This document shows, piece by piece, positions 19,567-30,056 of a stretch of 64,000 nucleotides of DNA. The translations under genes and the position numbers were made by a program. This DNA comes from an uncultured Candidatus Saccharibacteria bacterium (GTDB lineage Bacteria; Patescibacteriota; Doudnabacteria; UBA920). A model generated the notes under the pieces. It was not told the origin of the DNA, did not search any database, and saw only the letters and a list, made by a program, of their open reading frames with translations. The stretch spans positions 3,733 through 67,732 of the forward strand of contig CAZXPB010000001.1 in NCBI GenBank assembly GCA_964642585.1, in the 5' to 3' direction. Numbering within the stretch: the stretch's first letter is position 1; the number at the start of each line of letters is the position of its first letter.

Positions 19567-19595
19567 TTGGTCAAGTCCAGGTTCTTCTATATAAT
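19567..19595 (+). promoter_or_regulatory. sigma70-type promoter of uvrB (TTGGTC-17-TATAAT), 8 nt before ATG
   Basis: Hexamers and 17-nt spacer read directly; near-leaderless. Confidence 0.55.
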
Positions 19596-19603
19596 AACTA
19601 CAT

Positions 19604-21676
19604 ATGAAGTTTGAACTAAAGACCAAATACCAACCATCTGGCGATCAACCTCAAGCAATTGAGGGTCTTTTTAAGTCGCTGCAAAAAGGCTACCGCCATC
19701 AAACCTTACTCGGTGTGACAGGATCTGGAAAAACATTTACGATGGCGAGTTTAATTAACAAAATTCAGAAGCCTACTTTGGTAATGTGTCATAACAAAAC
19801 TTTAGCCGCACAACTTGCTAGTGAGTTCCAAGAATTTTTCCCAGATAACGCCGTGCACTATTTTGTTTCTTACTATGATTACTACCAACCAGAAGCCTAC
19901 ATCCCCCGCTCAGATACTTTCATTGAAAAGGAAACTCAAATTAATGAAGAGATCGACAGGTTAAGAAATGCGGCAACGACTTCGTTAATGTCACGGAAAG
20001 ATGTTTTAATTGTTGCGTCTGTTTCTTGTATCTATGGTTTAGGTAATCCCGAAAACTATTTAGAGCTTTCTTTAGAGCTTAAGCGTGGAGAAAGTTTAAA
20101 ACGCGATAAACTTCTTCGCCGCCTTATTGATATGCAGTACAACCGAAATGATTTAGATCTGCGCCGAGGTACTTACCGAGTGCAAGGAGATGTAGTTGAA
20201 ATTGTTTTATCTTCTGAAGATACAATCGTGCGTCTACAATTTTTTGGTGATGAAACAGAAAGCATAGAAAGACTGCATATGATTTCTGGTGATACAATTG
20301 AAAAACTAGATTCAATTAAAATTTTTCCTGCCAAACATTTTGTGACCCCAGAAGCAAAAGTGCAAATTGCCGTAGAACGCATTCGCGAAGAACTTGCAGC
20401 GAGATTACTAGAGCTACGAGGCCAAGGGAAAATTTTAGAAGCCGCGCGACTTGAACAGCGAACTAACTTTGATTTAGAAATGCTCACTAACACTGGCTTC
20501 GTTGCTGGTATTGAAAATTATTCACGTGTCATGGAAGGCCGCGAAGCTGGTAGTCCGCCATCTACTTTAATTGATTATTTCCCAGATGACTATTTATTAT
20601 TTATAGATGAATCACACCAGACCATACCACAAGTTGGTGCGATGTTTGAAGGTGACAAATCCAGAAAAACAACTTTAATTGATTATGGATTCCGCCTTCC
20701 AAGCGCGCTAGATAATCGCCCTTTAAAATTTAATGAATTTGAACAGAAAATAAACCAAGTAGTATTTGTTTCTGCGACCCCTGGTCCATACGAGGTCAAA
20801 AAAAGTTTAGAAGAAAACTTTTTAATCACTGACAAAAAACAAACAATTATAGATACCAGCACACCTAAAAAATTTGATTTACTCCGCAGCGAAGTGGTTG
20901 TTGAACAGATAAACAGACCGACCGGACTGCTTGACCCTACTATTGAGATCAGACCTATAAAAAATCAGGTGGACCATCTCATGACTCAAATTACAGAGAG
21001 GGTAAAGAACAAAGAAAGAGTGATTGTTACCACTTTAACAAAGCGAATGGCCGAAGAGTTAAATGAATACATTAAAGAAGCAGGGATTAAAGCTCAATAT
21101 TTACATAGCGAAGTAGAGACTTTTGAACGCTTAGAAATTTTGCGTGACTTACGGCTAGGAATTTATGATGTAATTATTGGTATCAATTTACTCCGCGAAG
21201 GCCTAGACCTACCAGAAGTTTCTCTCGTAGCAATATTGGATGCAGACAAAGAAGGATTCCTAAGAAGTGAAACTGCATTTATGCAAATCATGGGAAGAGC
21301 GGCGCGTCACTTGAATGGTCATGTAATTATGTACGCCGATAGAGTTACTGGTTCAATGCAACGTGCGATTGACGAAACTACGCGCCGCCGTAAAGTCCAA
21401 GAAATGTATAACACGGCGCATGGCATTACTCCAGAAAGTATTCAAAAGAAGATTCAAGACTCTCGCCTTGCAGGTAGCCACGAAGTTTTAGCCGGCGCAG
21501 AAATAGAAGAAGTTGATGTAACAAAACTTAACCCCGAAGGGATGCGAAACTACATAGATGAACTCAATGACCAAATGGATTTAGCCTCACAAAATTTAGA
21601 ATTTGAATTAGCCGCAAAAATCCGTGATCGCTTAATCGAGATAAAACAAGTTCAGAAGTTAAAAAAGAAAAGATGA
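19604..21676 (+). CDS. uvrB: excinuclease ABC subunit B (UvrB)
   Basis: 690 aa. GVTGSGKTFT Walker A, helicase motifs, C-terminal UvrB/UvrC interaction helix. Confidence 0.95.
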   Translation: MKFELKTKYQPSGDQPQAIEGLFKSLQKGYRHQTLLGVTGSGKTFTMASLINKIQKPTLVMCHNKTLAAQLASEFQEFFPDNAVHYFVSYYDYYQPEAYIPRSDTFIEKETQINEEIDRLRNAATTSLMSRKDVLIVASVSCIYGLGNPENYLELSLELKRGESLKRDKLLRRLIDMQYNRNDLDLRRGTYRVQGDVVEIVLSSEDTIVRLQFFGDETESIERLHMISGDTIEKLDSIKIFPAKHFVTPEAKVQIAVERIREELAARLLELRGQGKILEAARLEQRTNFDLEMLTNTGFVAGIENYSRVMEGREAGSPPSTLIDYFPDDYLLFIDESHQTIPQVGAMFEGDKSRKTTLIDYGFRLPSALDNRPLKFNEFEQKINQVVFVSATPGPYEVKKSLEENFLITDKKQTIIDTSTPKKFDLLRSEVVVEQINRPTGLLDPTIEIRPIKNQVDHLMTQITERVKNKERVIVTTLTKRMAEELNEYIKEAGIKAQYLHSEVETFERLEILRDLRLGIYDVIIGINLLREGLDLPEVSLVAILDADKEGFLRSETAFMQIMGRAARHLNGHVIMYADRVTGSMQRAIDETTRRRKVQEMYNTAHGITPESIQKKIQDSRLAGSHEVLAGAEIEEVDVTKLNPEGMRNYIDELNDQMDLASQNLEFELAAKIRDRLIEIKQVQKLKKKR

Positions 21677-21684
21677 ATTTTTCA

Positions 21685-21711
21685 GTAAAACTTGAACAAA
21701 GTTTTACTGAA
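21685..21711 (+). terminator. putative terminator after uvrB
   Basis: cagtaaaac-ttgaacaaa-gttttactg hairpin. Confidence 0.4.
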
Positions 21712-21780
21712 ACTTTAGTGTCTCTCTGTTAAGATAACATCTTGCCTTCCTGGCAAAATACAAACTTAAGGAGATACGAA

Positions 21781-22470
21781 ATGTATAAAACGATTTTTCT
21801 AGGTGTTCACATTTTTGTGTTTGTGGCATTCTTTGGAACATTCTTTGGCGCGCTGGAAACAAAAGCACAAACAGTGCGCAGTGATGGTGGATATATTGTA
21901 ATAGATAGTAGGGCTTTATCGCCGACGAACATGCAAGTTGTGTTTATTGTGGCGAAAAACTTCTTTGGTGCCACTACTCTACAATTTCAAACTATCAGTA
22001 ATGAAGGATTTGTTCATACTCACCCATCATTAAACTTTCCAAATGGTTTAACTAAAGGGCAAGTTGTTAAACTCTGGGATGGGGAGTTTAGTGTGTTTCA
22101 ATCTACTCCATGGCTACGGTTTGATGTAGAACTGCGAAACTCAGGACTAACCTATTATACGATGCACATGACCCCAATTGGTCACGATGAATTCTACAAA
22201 GAACCAATGATCTATGATATCTCAGAAACGAAAATTGATTCCAATACTTTTGTGTTAAATCTGAATGGAAATTTCGATTCATATGAAAATACAAGAATTA
22301 TAATCAATAGCCATCTAATGGTTCTTGGGAAATCTGTCATCTTCCCTGCCCCTGGGCAGATGAGATTCACCCTCACAGATGCCGGAAGAGATGTGTTTCC
22401 AACGGGAAAATATCTGATTACTATTTGTCAGTCCTATCACTGCGATACAATGGTTGGTAGACATCGTTGA
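21781..22470 (+). CDS. hypothetical secreted protein
   Basis: AGGAG RBS 9 nt before ATG at 21781. Signal peptide MYKTIFLGVHIFVFVAFFGTFFGALETKAQ. 229 aa. Confidence 0.65.
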   Translation: MYKTIFLGVHIFVFVAFFGTFFGALETKAQTVRSDGGYIVIDSRALSPTNMQVVFIVAKNFFGATTLQFQTISNEGFVHTHPSLNFPNGLTKGQVVKLWDGEFSVFQSTPWLRFDVELRNSGLTYYTMHMTPIGHDEFYKEPMIYDISETKIDSNTFVLNLNGNFDSYENTRIIINSHLMVLGKSVIFPAPGQMRFTLTDAGRDVFPTGKYLITICQSYHCDTMVGRHR

Positions 22471-22509
22471 CAAAATCTATGATTTATAGCACAATGACTA
22501 TATTAATCA

Positions 22510-22685
22510 TGGGTGCTTGAAGAGCTAACTGGAATTGATGGGTCTCTTTTAGCTAGACCCACTCCGCCCATCATTCCGAAGGAGGAATAAAGCGAATAAC
22601 ACTTGCCATAAAAAGCGCTTATTCTGTGCCTGGCCCCACTGCTCTATCTTGAACCAAACCAAGAGCAGTGGGGTTTTTTATTAAT
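22510..22685 (+). ncRNA. candidate small RNA / structured 3' region ending in a strong intrinsic terminator
   Basis: No ORF. Hairpins gggtct-cttttagct-agaccc and gaataa...ttattc. Terminator ccccactgctct-(16 nt loop)-agagcagtgggg + UUUUUU at 22632-22685, 160 nt beyond the nearest stop codon. Confidence 0.25.
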
Positions 22686-22706
22686 ACCATACGAGGGGCT
22701 TAACTC

Positions 22707-22735
22707 TTGCATTTTTACCCAGTTTTCTATATAAT
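22707..22735 (+). promoter_or_regulatory. rpsT promoter TTGCAT-17-TATAAT
   Basis: Read directly; leaves ~90-nt leader to rpsT. Confidence 0.55.
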
Positions 22736-22827
22736 ACAGAGGCTTTATTAAATTCCCTATCTTCCGTGTCCACTTTAGATAAGGGGTTAAAAAGTATTGT
22801 TAATTAAAAATTTTAAACTAAATATAA

Positions 22828-23094
22828 ATGCCAAATACTAAATCAGCGATGAAGGCTATGCGTAATTCTCGCCGCCGAAATGCAATTAACATCCGCACTC
22901 GTTCAAAGTTCAAAAGTGCAGTAAAAGAAACTCGTGAGAATATTGCCAATGGTGACGCAAAAGCATCAGCCGAAAGCTTAAAGAAAGCAATGTCAATGTT
23001 AGACAAAGCAGTTAAGAAAGATGTTCTACATAAAAACACTGCATCTCGAAAGAAATCTCGTCTAGCAAAAGCTCTAGCAAAGATTTCAAAATAA
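22828..23094 (+). CDS. rpsT: 30S ribosomal protein S20
   Basis: MPNTKSAMKAMRNSRRRNAINIRTRSKFKSAVK...; 88 aa basic protein. Confidence 0.9.
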   Translation: MPNTKSAMKAMRNSRRRNAINIRTRSKFKSAVKETRENIANGDAKASAESLKKAMSMLDKAVKKDVLHKNTASRKKSRLAKALAKISK

Positions 23095-23103
23095 TAACCA
23101 AAT

Positions 23104-23140
23104 AAAAAAAGTACTATCGTTCACAGATAGTACTTTTTTA
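23104..23140. terminator. bidirectional terminator between rpsT and polA
   Basis: aaaaaaa-gtactatc-gttcaca-gatagtac-tttttt. Confidence 0.7.
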
Positions 23141-23145
23141 TTTGA

Positions 23146-25929
23146 TTAAAGTTTTTCCATCACTCCCCAATTGTTTCCTACTTTGGCTTCGGCAATAACA
23201 GGAACTTTTAACTTGTATGCACTCTCAAGAAGAGGTTTTAATATTGAAACCCAATGTTCTACTTTATCTTCACGAACCTCAAACACCAGTTCGTCATGAA
23301 CCTGCATAAGCATTTTAATTTCATCTTCTTTATCTACAAGTTTTTCAAAAATATTTATCATCGCAATTTTCAAGATATCTGCTTGAAGACTTTGAATTGG
23401 GAAATTGATAGCAGCTCGTTCTGCACCAGCCCTAACAAAAAATTGGCTTGAACGGATTTCGGGAAATTTGCGAACCCTGCCAACTTCATTTTTTATGAAG
23501 CCAGTTTCATTTACTTCACTCTTAATATTTTCAATAAAGTTTTGCACGCCTGAATATTCTTCAAAATATTTATCTATGAATTCTTTTGCATCAGTACGAG
23601 ACACTGCGCCGATTCGACTAGCTAACCCAAAACTAGAAAGTCCGTAGAGAATTCCAAAGTTAATTGTTTTTGCATCACGACGCTGGTCAGCTGTCACTTC
23701 ACCAGGAAGACAATCAAAAATAGCGCTTGCTGTGTTTGTGTGAATATCTTCATTGTTCTGGAATACTTGCATCATATTTTCATCTTCAGACAAATGTGCG
23801 ATAATGCGAAGTTCCATCTGAGAATAATCTATAGACAACAGCTTATATCCTTTTTCAGCAATAAAAGCTTTGCGAATTTCTGAACCAATCCCTGTCCCTC
23901 GAATTGGAATATTTTGTAAGTTTGGGTCGGTGCTGGAAAGTCTTCCTGTTGCTGCGACTGTTTGGTTGTAACTTGTGTGGATCCGGCCAGTTCGGGCGTT
24001 AACCAACATTGGCAACGCTTGTAAGTAAGTTGACTCTAGTTTAGATAATTCGCGGTAACTTAAAATTTTCTCAATAATTTGATGCTCGCCAACTAATTGT
24101 TCTAAAACACCAGCTGCAGTAGACAGGCCAGTTTTGTTTCGTTTACCTGCTGTAAGTTTAAGTTTTGAATACAGAATTTCCTGCAGTTGTTTTGGTGAGC
24201 CAATATTAAACTCCTCACCCGCAAGTTTATAAATATCTTTTTCCAAGAGACTAATCTCTGTTTGAGCTTGATCAGATAATTTCTCTAATAGTCCAACATC
24301 TACTTTTACCCCGAAGCGCTCCATGCTCGCAAGCACTTGGATTAAAGGCATCTCAATATTATTGAATACTTCTTCTAGGCCTTCCGCTTTTAACTGCGGA
24401 GCAAAAACTTCTTTAAGACGAATGGTGAAATCTGCATCCTCACAAGCATACCAACTAACAGTTTCAACAGGAACATCTCGCATTGAAATCTGATTTTTGC
24501 CTTTACCAATCAATTCTTCGATTGATTGCATTTGGTAACCAAACTCGTTAAAAGCCAGAGCATCAAGTCCATGTTGACGAGTGCCTGCATTAAGTAAATA
24601 GCTTGCGATCATTGTATCGAAAAAAAGAGGACTTAAATTAACTCCGGCATTCCCAAATGTTAAATAATCGTACTTTAAGTTATGCCCGACTTTATCAATA
24701 TTTTTATTTTCTAAAATTAACTTTAGCTCTGGGCTTGCATCTAGGATTTCGCGGGTTACATAGTAAGCTTCACCTGATTTAAAACACAGCGACAAACCAA
24801 TAATTTGCGCATCTATGGCATAGAGTTGATCAGTTTCAGTATCGACAATAAATTCTTTTTGTTTTGAAAGAATTTTTAAAAGTTCTTCCAATTTTTGCTT
24901 GGTGTCTATGAGGGTGTAAACTTGTTCGCCAATATCCACTTGAGTTTCAGATTTTTCAGACAAGTTGTCATGAGGATGGATAGTATCAATTTCTTCATCA
25001 GCTCCTACAGAAGGAACAGCAGCATAGCCTTTGGGTAACTTATCTATTAAACTTTTAAACTCTAATTCTTGGAAAACTTTTAAGGTTTTATTTAGTTCAG
25101 CTCTTTTAAATTCATATGGAGGAATATGAATATCCAACGGAACCTCCAAAACAATTTTTGAAAGCTCATAGCTTTGTATGGCATCGGCTTCGCCATCTTG
25201 AAGCAACTTTAAAACGCGAGGTTTAATTTTATCACCAGTCTTTCCTTCTTTAATTTGTTTATACAAATTTTCTATACTCCCAAAATCTAAAATTAACTGG
25301 CTCGCAGTTTTTTCTCCAATCCCTTTCACTCCTTTAATATTGTCAGATGGGTCACCACGAAGTGCTTTGTAATCAATCATTTGCAACGGTTCAAGTCCGT
25401 AGCGTTCCTTGATTGCTGCAATATCGTAAACAGCAGTGTCATTAATTCCTTTGCGCATAGTGTAAATTTTCACGCACTTATTAACCAATTGCAGAGAGTC
25501 TAAATCGCCAGTGACTATCATTACATCACAGGAATGTTCATGTTTCTCACAAATATGCTTAGATAAAGTACCTAACACATCATCTGCTTCAAAACCTTCA
25601 ATTTCAAAAATTGGTATGTTTAAAGCCCTAACAACTTCTTTCACCCTTGGAAATTGTGCATATAATTCATCATCTCCTTTTACTCTAGTGGCTTTGTAAT
25701 CAGCATACATTTCATCTCGAAAGGTTGGTCCAGCAAGGTCAAAGCTACAAGCGATATGAGTTGGCTTAAGTTCTTTAATTGCCCGAAGCAAGATCATGGT
25801 AAAACCATAAACAGCATTAGTATGTTCACCGGCTTTATTTGTTAAAGGCGGAACAGCATGATAACCCCTATGGATTAATGCGTTCCCGTCTACTAACATA
25901 TATCGATTTTCTGCTTGTTTTTTAGCCAT
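23146..25929 (-). CDS. polA: DNA polymerase I (5'-3' exonuclease, 3'-5' exonuclease-like and polymerase domains)
   Basis: 927 aa. N-terminal FEN-like domain; polymerase motifs (…RRDAKTINFGILYG…, …QVHDELVFE…). Confidence 0.95.
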   Translation of the reverse strand: MAKKQAENRYMLVDGNALIHRGYHAVPPLTNKAGEHTNAVYGFTMILLRAIKELKPTHIACSFDLAGPTFRDEMYADYKATRVKGDDELYAQFPRVKEVVRALNIPIFEIEGFEADDVLGTLSKHICEKHEHSCDVMIVTGDLDSLQLVNKCVKIYTMRKGINDTAVYDIAAIKERYGLEPLQMIDYKALRGDPSDNIKGVKGIGEKTASQLILDFGSIENLYKQIKEGKTGDKIKPRVLKLLQDGEADAIQSYELSKIVLEVPLDIHIPPYEFKRAELNKTLKVFQELEFKSLIDKLPKGYAAVPSVGADEEIDTIHPHDNLSEKSETQVDIGEQVYTLIDTKQKLEELLKILSKQKEFIVDTETDQLYAIDAQIIGLSLCFKSGEAYYVTREILDASPELKLILENKNIDKVGHNLKYDYLTFGNAGVNLSPLFFDTMIASYLLNAGTRQHGLDALAFNEFGYQMQSIEELIGKGKNQISMRDVPVETVSWYACEDADFTIRLKEVFAPQLKAEGLEEVFNNIEMPLIQVLASMERFGVKVDVGLLEKLSDQAQTEISLLEKDIYKLAGEEFNIGSPKQLQEILYSKLKLTAGKRNKTGLSTAAGVLEQLVGEHQIIEKILSYRELSKLESTYLQALPMLVNARTGRIHTSYNQTVAATGRLSSTDPNLQNIPIRGTGIGSEIRKAFIAEKGYKLLSIDYSQMELRIIAHLSEDENMMQVFQNNEDIHTNTASAIFDCLPGEVTADQRRDAKTINFGILYGLSSFGLASRIGAVSRTDAKEFIDKYFEEYSGVQNFIENIKSEVNETGFIKNEVGRVRKFPEIRSSQFFVRAGAERAAINFPIQSLQADILKIAMINIFEKLVDKEDEIKMLMQVHDELVFEVREDKVEHWVSILKPLLESAYKLKVPVIAEAKVGNNWGVMEKL

Positions 25930-26028
25930 ATTATCTATATTGTAGCTGTTTTAGTATATTTAAAAAAGAGCTGGAAAACACTTGTTCATGATATAATCTA
26001 ACTAAGATAAAACATTAAAGAAACAAAA

Positions 26029-27147
26029 ATGAAAAACATCTTGAAAGGGTTAATTCTGGCTCTGACAATGATAGGGCTAGTAGTTCCTTTTGTCAGTGTG
26101 CAGGCCCAAGTTGCTTTGCAAATTACTTCACCTCTGGTACTTCCATCTGGAAGTACCAACAGCCCTTACTCCTATAAATTCACCGCCAGCGGAGGAACTA
26201 AACCTTACAAATGGGAAGTTCTACCTCAACAACTTAATGTCTACCATTGTTGTTTAATTGGACTAAGTCAAAATGGGACTTTTGCTTCTGTTGGTCCAGA
26301 TAAAAATGAGCATATGCCGTACAGTGGAACTTTCCAAATTGGAGTGAAGGTAACAGATGCTCGCGGACAAAGTGTGCAACAAATTTCTACTTACACTATT
26401 AGTGGAAACAACCATGATGATACAGGTACTGAGAAATATAAAGCCGGTCAAATTGAAACTATTTCAGCAACTAAAGTTTCTGGCTGGGCATACGACAACG
26501 ATAGAGCAGTTGAGATTATTGCCGAGATTGAAAATATTGCCTCAGGGCGAAGAACATCTTATGGGTTTAACTCAGCACCTAACGTACTTAGACCAGAAAT
26601 AGCTTCATATCTTTCAACAAAATTTGCTATTGGAGGAATTATTGTGCCGCTTGGGTTTAGTTTTGACCCTTCTACAAAAATCACTGAATCTGGAAAATAT
26701 AAAATTAAATCAATTAATTACAATGGAAATAAATTTAGTTTCACTGTAGACAAAGACACGGTTTTCATTATTGGTTCAGGCGATCCTACAACAACAGATA
26801 CTTCGATCTATGGGAAAGAAAAAGTTGTCAAAGTAAAGGGAAGCAATAAACTTTACTACATTAACACTAGAGGACAATACCTCCCATTTCTAAACAAAGA
26901 AGTTTTCGCATCTTATGGAAACAAGACTGAAAATATTGAGTCCATTACAAAGAAGGTGTTAAAAAAGTACACTTTGGTAAAATATATTAAACTTTCTTCC
27001 AGCGACACTATTTACGAAATTAAAGGAAAAATAAAACGCCCTTTGAGCGCTGAAGCGAAAACAAGATTGATTACTGATTCTTCCAAAGTTTTAGAAGTTA
27101 ATCAAGTTGAGTTAGATTCTTACAAAACAGGGAAAACTATTGACTAG
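26029..27147 (+). CDS. hypothetical secreted protein with putative Ig-like N-terminal domain
   Basis: Signal peptide. TASGGTKPYKWEV resembles the 'putative Ig' motif. 372 aa. Confidence 0.65.
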   Translation: MKNILKGLILALTMIGLVVPFVSVQAQVALQITSPLVLPSGSTNSPYSYKFTASGGTKPYKWEVLPQQLNVYHCCLIGLSQNGTFASVGPDKNEHMPYSGTFQIGVKVTDARGQSVQQISTYTISGNNHDDTGTEKYKAGQIETISATKVSGWAYDNDRAVEIIAEIENIASGRRTSYGFNSAPNVLRPEIASYLSTKFAIGGIIVPLGFSFDPSTKITESGKYKIKSINYNGNKFSFTVDKDTVFIIGSGDPTTTDTSIYGKEKVVKVKGSNKLYYINTRGQYLPFLNKEVFASYGNKTENIESITKKVLKKYTLVKYIKLSSSDTIYEIKGKIKRPLSAEAKTRLITDSSKVLEVNQVELDSYKTGKTID

Positions 27148-27152
27148 TAACC

Positions 27153-28805
27153 CTAGCCAATTACTCTATAGACTTCATCTACATCAGTAATTTTATTCAA
27201 AGCCTTAAGCAGTCCATCTTGAAGCATGGTCATAGTACCATTCTCATGGGCTGCTTTTTTAACATCTAGTATAGAAGCGTCTTTCAAAATTAATTCACGC
27301 ATTTCATCGTTTACTTCTATTACTTCGTATACTCCAACTCGGCCTTTGTATCCAAGCCCACTACACGAAGCGCACCCTTTTGCATCGTAAAATTGAAGCT
27401 TCCCTTCTTGAGTTCTAGGGACTTCAACGCCACAATTTTTTGGTAGTTCACTCAATACTTTCTCTACTTTTTCTAAGATTACAGCCGAGAGCTCTACTGG
27501 TTTCACACAACTAGTACAGAGTCTACGCACTAATCTTTGAGCGATGATTGCATTTATTGCTGGAGCAATGGTAAATGGTTTCACTCCCATTGTAATAAGT
27601 CTTGGCACTGCGCCTGCAGCATCGTTAGTATGTAAAGTAGACAAAACTACATGTCCTGTCAGGGCTGCTTGCAGTGCAGTTTCCGCTGTCTCTGGGTCAC
27701 GGATTTCACCAACCATTAAAATATCAGGATCCTGACGAAGCACTGCTCTTAAACCTTTAGCAAAATTGAAATCTACCCTATGGTCAATAGGAGTCTGTTG
27801 GATTCCTTCAACTTTGTACTCAATTGGATCTTCAAGAGTAATTATTTTTACACTTGGGCTGTTGAGTTCTCTAAGAAATGCATAAAGTGTGGTGGTTTTA
27901 CCACTGCCTGTTGGACCAGTTGTGAGAATCATCCCATTTGGTTTATGAATTTGCTCTTCAACTATTTCAAAAGCTTTGCCAAGTAATCCTAAATCTTTCA
28001 CTCCCAAATTCACTGAACCAATTCCAAGTAAGCGCATCACTACCGCTTCGCCATAATTAGATGGCAAGACTGAAACACGAACATCAAGTGGTTCGTTATT
28101 GTTTAACACAGAGAATCTCCCGTCTTGCGAAACATTTTCAACATTTAATTTTAATTTCGCCATCAATTTAATTCTAGAGATAATGGCATGATGCGAGGCT
28201 TTCGGAATTTGCGCAGCGTCATGGAGAACCCCATCAATTCTAAATCTAATTTTCACAATTTTTTCTTCCGGTTCTAGATGAATATCTGAAGAATTCTGGG
28301 TAACTGCAGATGCGAAAATATTATTCAAAACATCACTGGCACTCACCCCTTCTTTGCTGAGTAAAGTTTGTAGTTCAGATAAAGTGGAACCTTTTTCAAA
28401 CTGAACCATGTCTTGGAATTTTGAACTCGGCCTAACAACTTTATTGTAAAACTTAATAGTTGAGTTAAAACTAGACTCCGAGATAAAATAGATAATCGGG
28501 TTCCAAGCTTCTTTTGACTTCTTTAATTGCTCTATAATTACTTTTAAATTTGGATTGTCTGGATTATTAGTTCCCAAACGAAGATCATGATGGTCTTTGA
28601 AAAACGGAATAACTTCCGATTCCTTAGCTTCTTTTTCTGTAATTACTCCAAGCGCTGTTAAGTCTAATGGGAAGTTTTGCAAGTTAACATACTCTAAATT
28701 CAGTGCTTTGGCGCGCCCTTGAGCTTCCCGCTCTTCAATAGATCGGTTTTCATCGGATAGCGCTCTAGCTAAATCATTTGGGTTAGACGAAAGAAAGTTA
28801 GACAT
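27153..28805 (-). CDS. pilB: type IV pilus assembly / type II secretion ATPase (PilB/GspE family)
   Basis: T2SSE N-domain, Walker A GPTGSGKTTT, Asp box, His box, C-terminal tetracysteine (CTSC...CASC). Confidence 0.9.
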   Translation of the reverse strand: MSNFLSSNPNDLARALSDENRSIEEREAQGRAKALNLEYVNLQNFPLDLTALGVITEKEAKESEVIPFFKDHHDLRLGTNNPDNPNLKVIIEQLKKSKEAWNPIIYFISESSFNSTIKFYNKVVRPSSKFQDMVQFEKGSTLSELQTLLSKEGVSASDVLNNIFASAVTQNSSDIHLEPEEKIVKIRFRIDGVLHDAAQIPKASHHAIISRIKLMAKLKLNVENVSQDGRFSVLNNNEPLDVRVSVLPSNYGEAVVMRLLGIGSVNLGVKDLGLLGKAFEIVEEQIHKPNGMILTTGPTGSGKTTTLYAFLRELNSPSVKIITLEDPIEYKVEGIQQTPIDHRVDFNFAKGLRAVLRQDPDILMVGEIRDPETAETALQAALTGHVVLSTLHTNDAAGAVPRLITMGVKPFTIAPAINAIIAQRLVRRLCTSCVKPVELSAVILEKVEKVLSELPKNCGVEVPRTQEGKLQFYDAKGCASCSGLGYKGRVGVYEVIEVNDEMRELILKDASILDVKKAAHENGTMTMLQDGLLKALNKITDVDEVYRVIG

Positions 28806-28863
28806 TTATAAATTATTTTTGTTTCAAAAAAATGAAGGCTTTAGGCCTTCATTATACCACATT

Positions 28864-30000
28864 TTAGCGGTCTTGAATTATCTCTACTAATTTTTGTTGA
28901 ATTTCAACCAATGGTTTTTTAAATTGCACCTGGATAAATTGGTACTGTCCTAACAGTGGTTTAGGTTTTTCTAGTAACTCTCTGTCAATTAACTTCTCAC
29001 CAAAAGAAACTATATTTTCATGAGGTAGTCCCGCAATTAAAACTTCAGCATTTTCAGCGATCAGAATGATTAATGAGTAACCCGTGACAACTTCAATTAG
29101 ATCTTTAAGAGTGCTTGTAATTAATTGTGCATTACTTTTAGTTTTTTCTAAATCGCTGCTAGTTAAAACAGCAGTGAGAACTTTCTTTTCAGGATATTCT
29201 GTTAATCGCGCCAAAGCTCTCCCCCAAAGTTGGAGTTGTTGAAGAGATTTAGTTTTAAATAAATATCGAATAATGTCTTGTTGTTTTGCACCGCTGGCAA
29301 CCAATTCAGAGGATTTCATTAAAACTTGTGGGGTAGTTTTTGGATCTCTAAAACTAGATGTTTGTGAAATAATTCCAGCAAGCAAACTTGTTGTAGCCTC
29401 CTCATCTTTTAAAACATCGGGAAATTCTTTTTTTACTAGATCGTAAACTACCTCTGATAAACAAGTTGCGACAGGGTTGATAAAGTTTAGTTTGCTAAAA
29501 TATTCGTTAGTTGGGCTAATATCTATATTTATGGAAGGAGTGTCAAAGAATAGTTTTGTGTTTTGAGAGTAGAGTTGCCCAACATCTTCCAAAGATGGAC
29601 AGTTGAGAATAACAAGCAAGTCATACTGACCGGCATTTGGCACAACACTCACATCTGTTTCTTTAAAATTTCCTTTGTCGGTAGATATAGATATGCTCAA
29701 GCCTCCATCTACTTTTTCATATTTTATTTCTTTTGGTTCAGCGTTCTGGTTTGAAACTTTAATTAACAGTTCTTTACCATCACTGAGAGAGGAGTGAATA
29801 ACAGGAGAGGATTTTAAGTACTGGGTTGTTGGAATATTTTCACTACTACTAAAAATAGTGGCTTTATTACCTAGGTTTTTGATTACTTTCTCTAAAACAA
29901 TGGCGCTAGAAAGAGCGTCTAAACTTAGTTGTTTTGGCAGGATAATTGCTGTCTGACCTGCTGTTTTTATTGATTTAACTATAGTTTCAATGTTTTCCAT
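28864..30000 (-). CDS. DHH/DHHA1-family phosphoesterase homologue (NrnA-like) with degenerate catalytic motifs
   Basis: 378 aa. Layout matches NrnA (…LLVILNCPSLEDVG…, …LLAGIISQTSSFR…) but the DHH/PDGD N-terminal motif is replaced (…ILPKQLSLDALSSAIVL…). Family assignment by eye only. Confidence 0.45.
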   Translation of the reverse strand: MENIETIVKSIKTAGQTAIILPKQLSLDALSSAIVLEKVIKNLGNKATIFSSSENIPTTQYLKSSPVIHSSLSDGKELLIKVSNQNAEPKEIKYEKVDGGLSISISTDKGNFKETDVSVVPNAGQYDLLVILNCPSLEDVGQLYSQNTKLFFDTPSINIDISPTNEYFSKLNFINPVATCLSEVVYDLVKKEFPDVLKDEEATTSLLAGIISQTSSFRDPKTTPQVLMKSSELVASGAKQQDIIRYLFKTKSLQQLQLWGRALARLTEYPEKKVLTAVLTSSDLEKTKSNAQLITSTLKDLIEVVTGYSLIILIAENAEVLIAGLPHENIVSFGEKLIDRELLEKPKPLLGQYQFIQVQFKKPLVEIQQKLVEIIQDR

Positions 30001-30056
30001 GGCTTATCAATATAGCTAATTTTACTAATAAGGTCAATACAACTATAATTAGGGTA

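Noticed and set aside
22510-22631. Possibility that the structured region is SRP RNA (ffs)
   Set aside because: The segment ccgaaggaggaa only loosely resembles the domain IV GGAAG/AGCAG loop. No convincing helix 8 with GNRA tetraloop was found.
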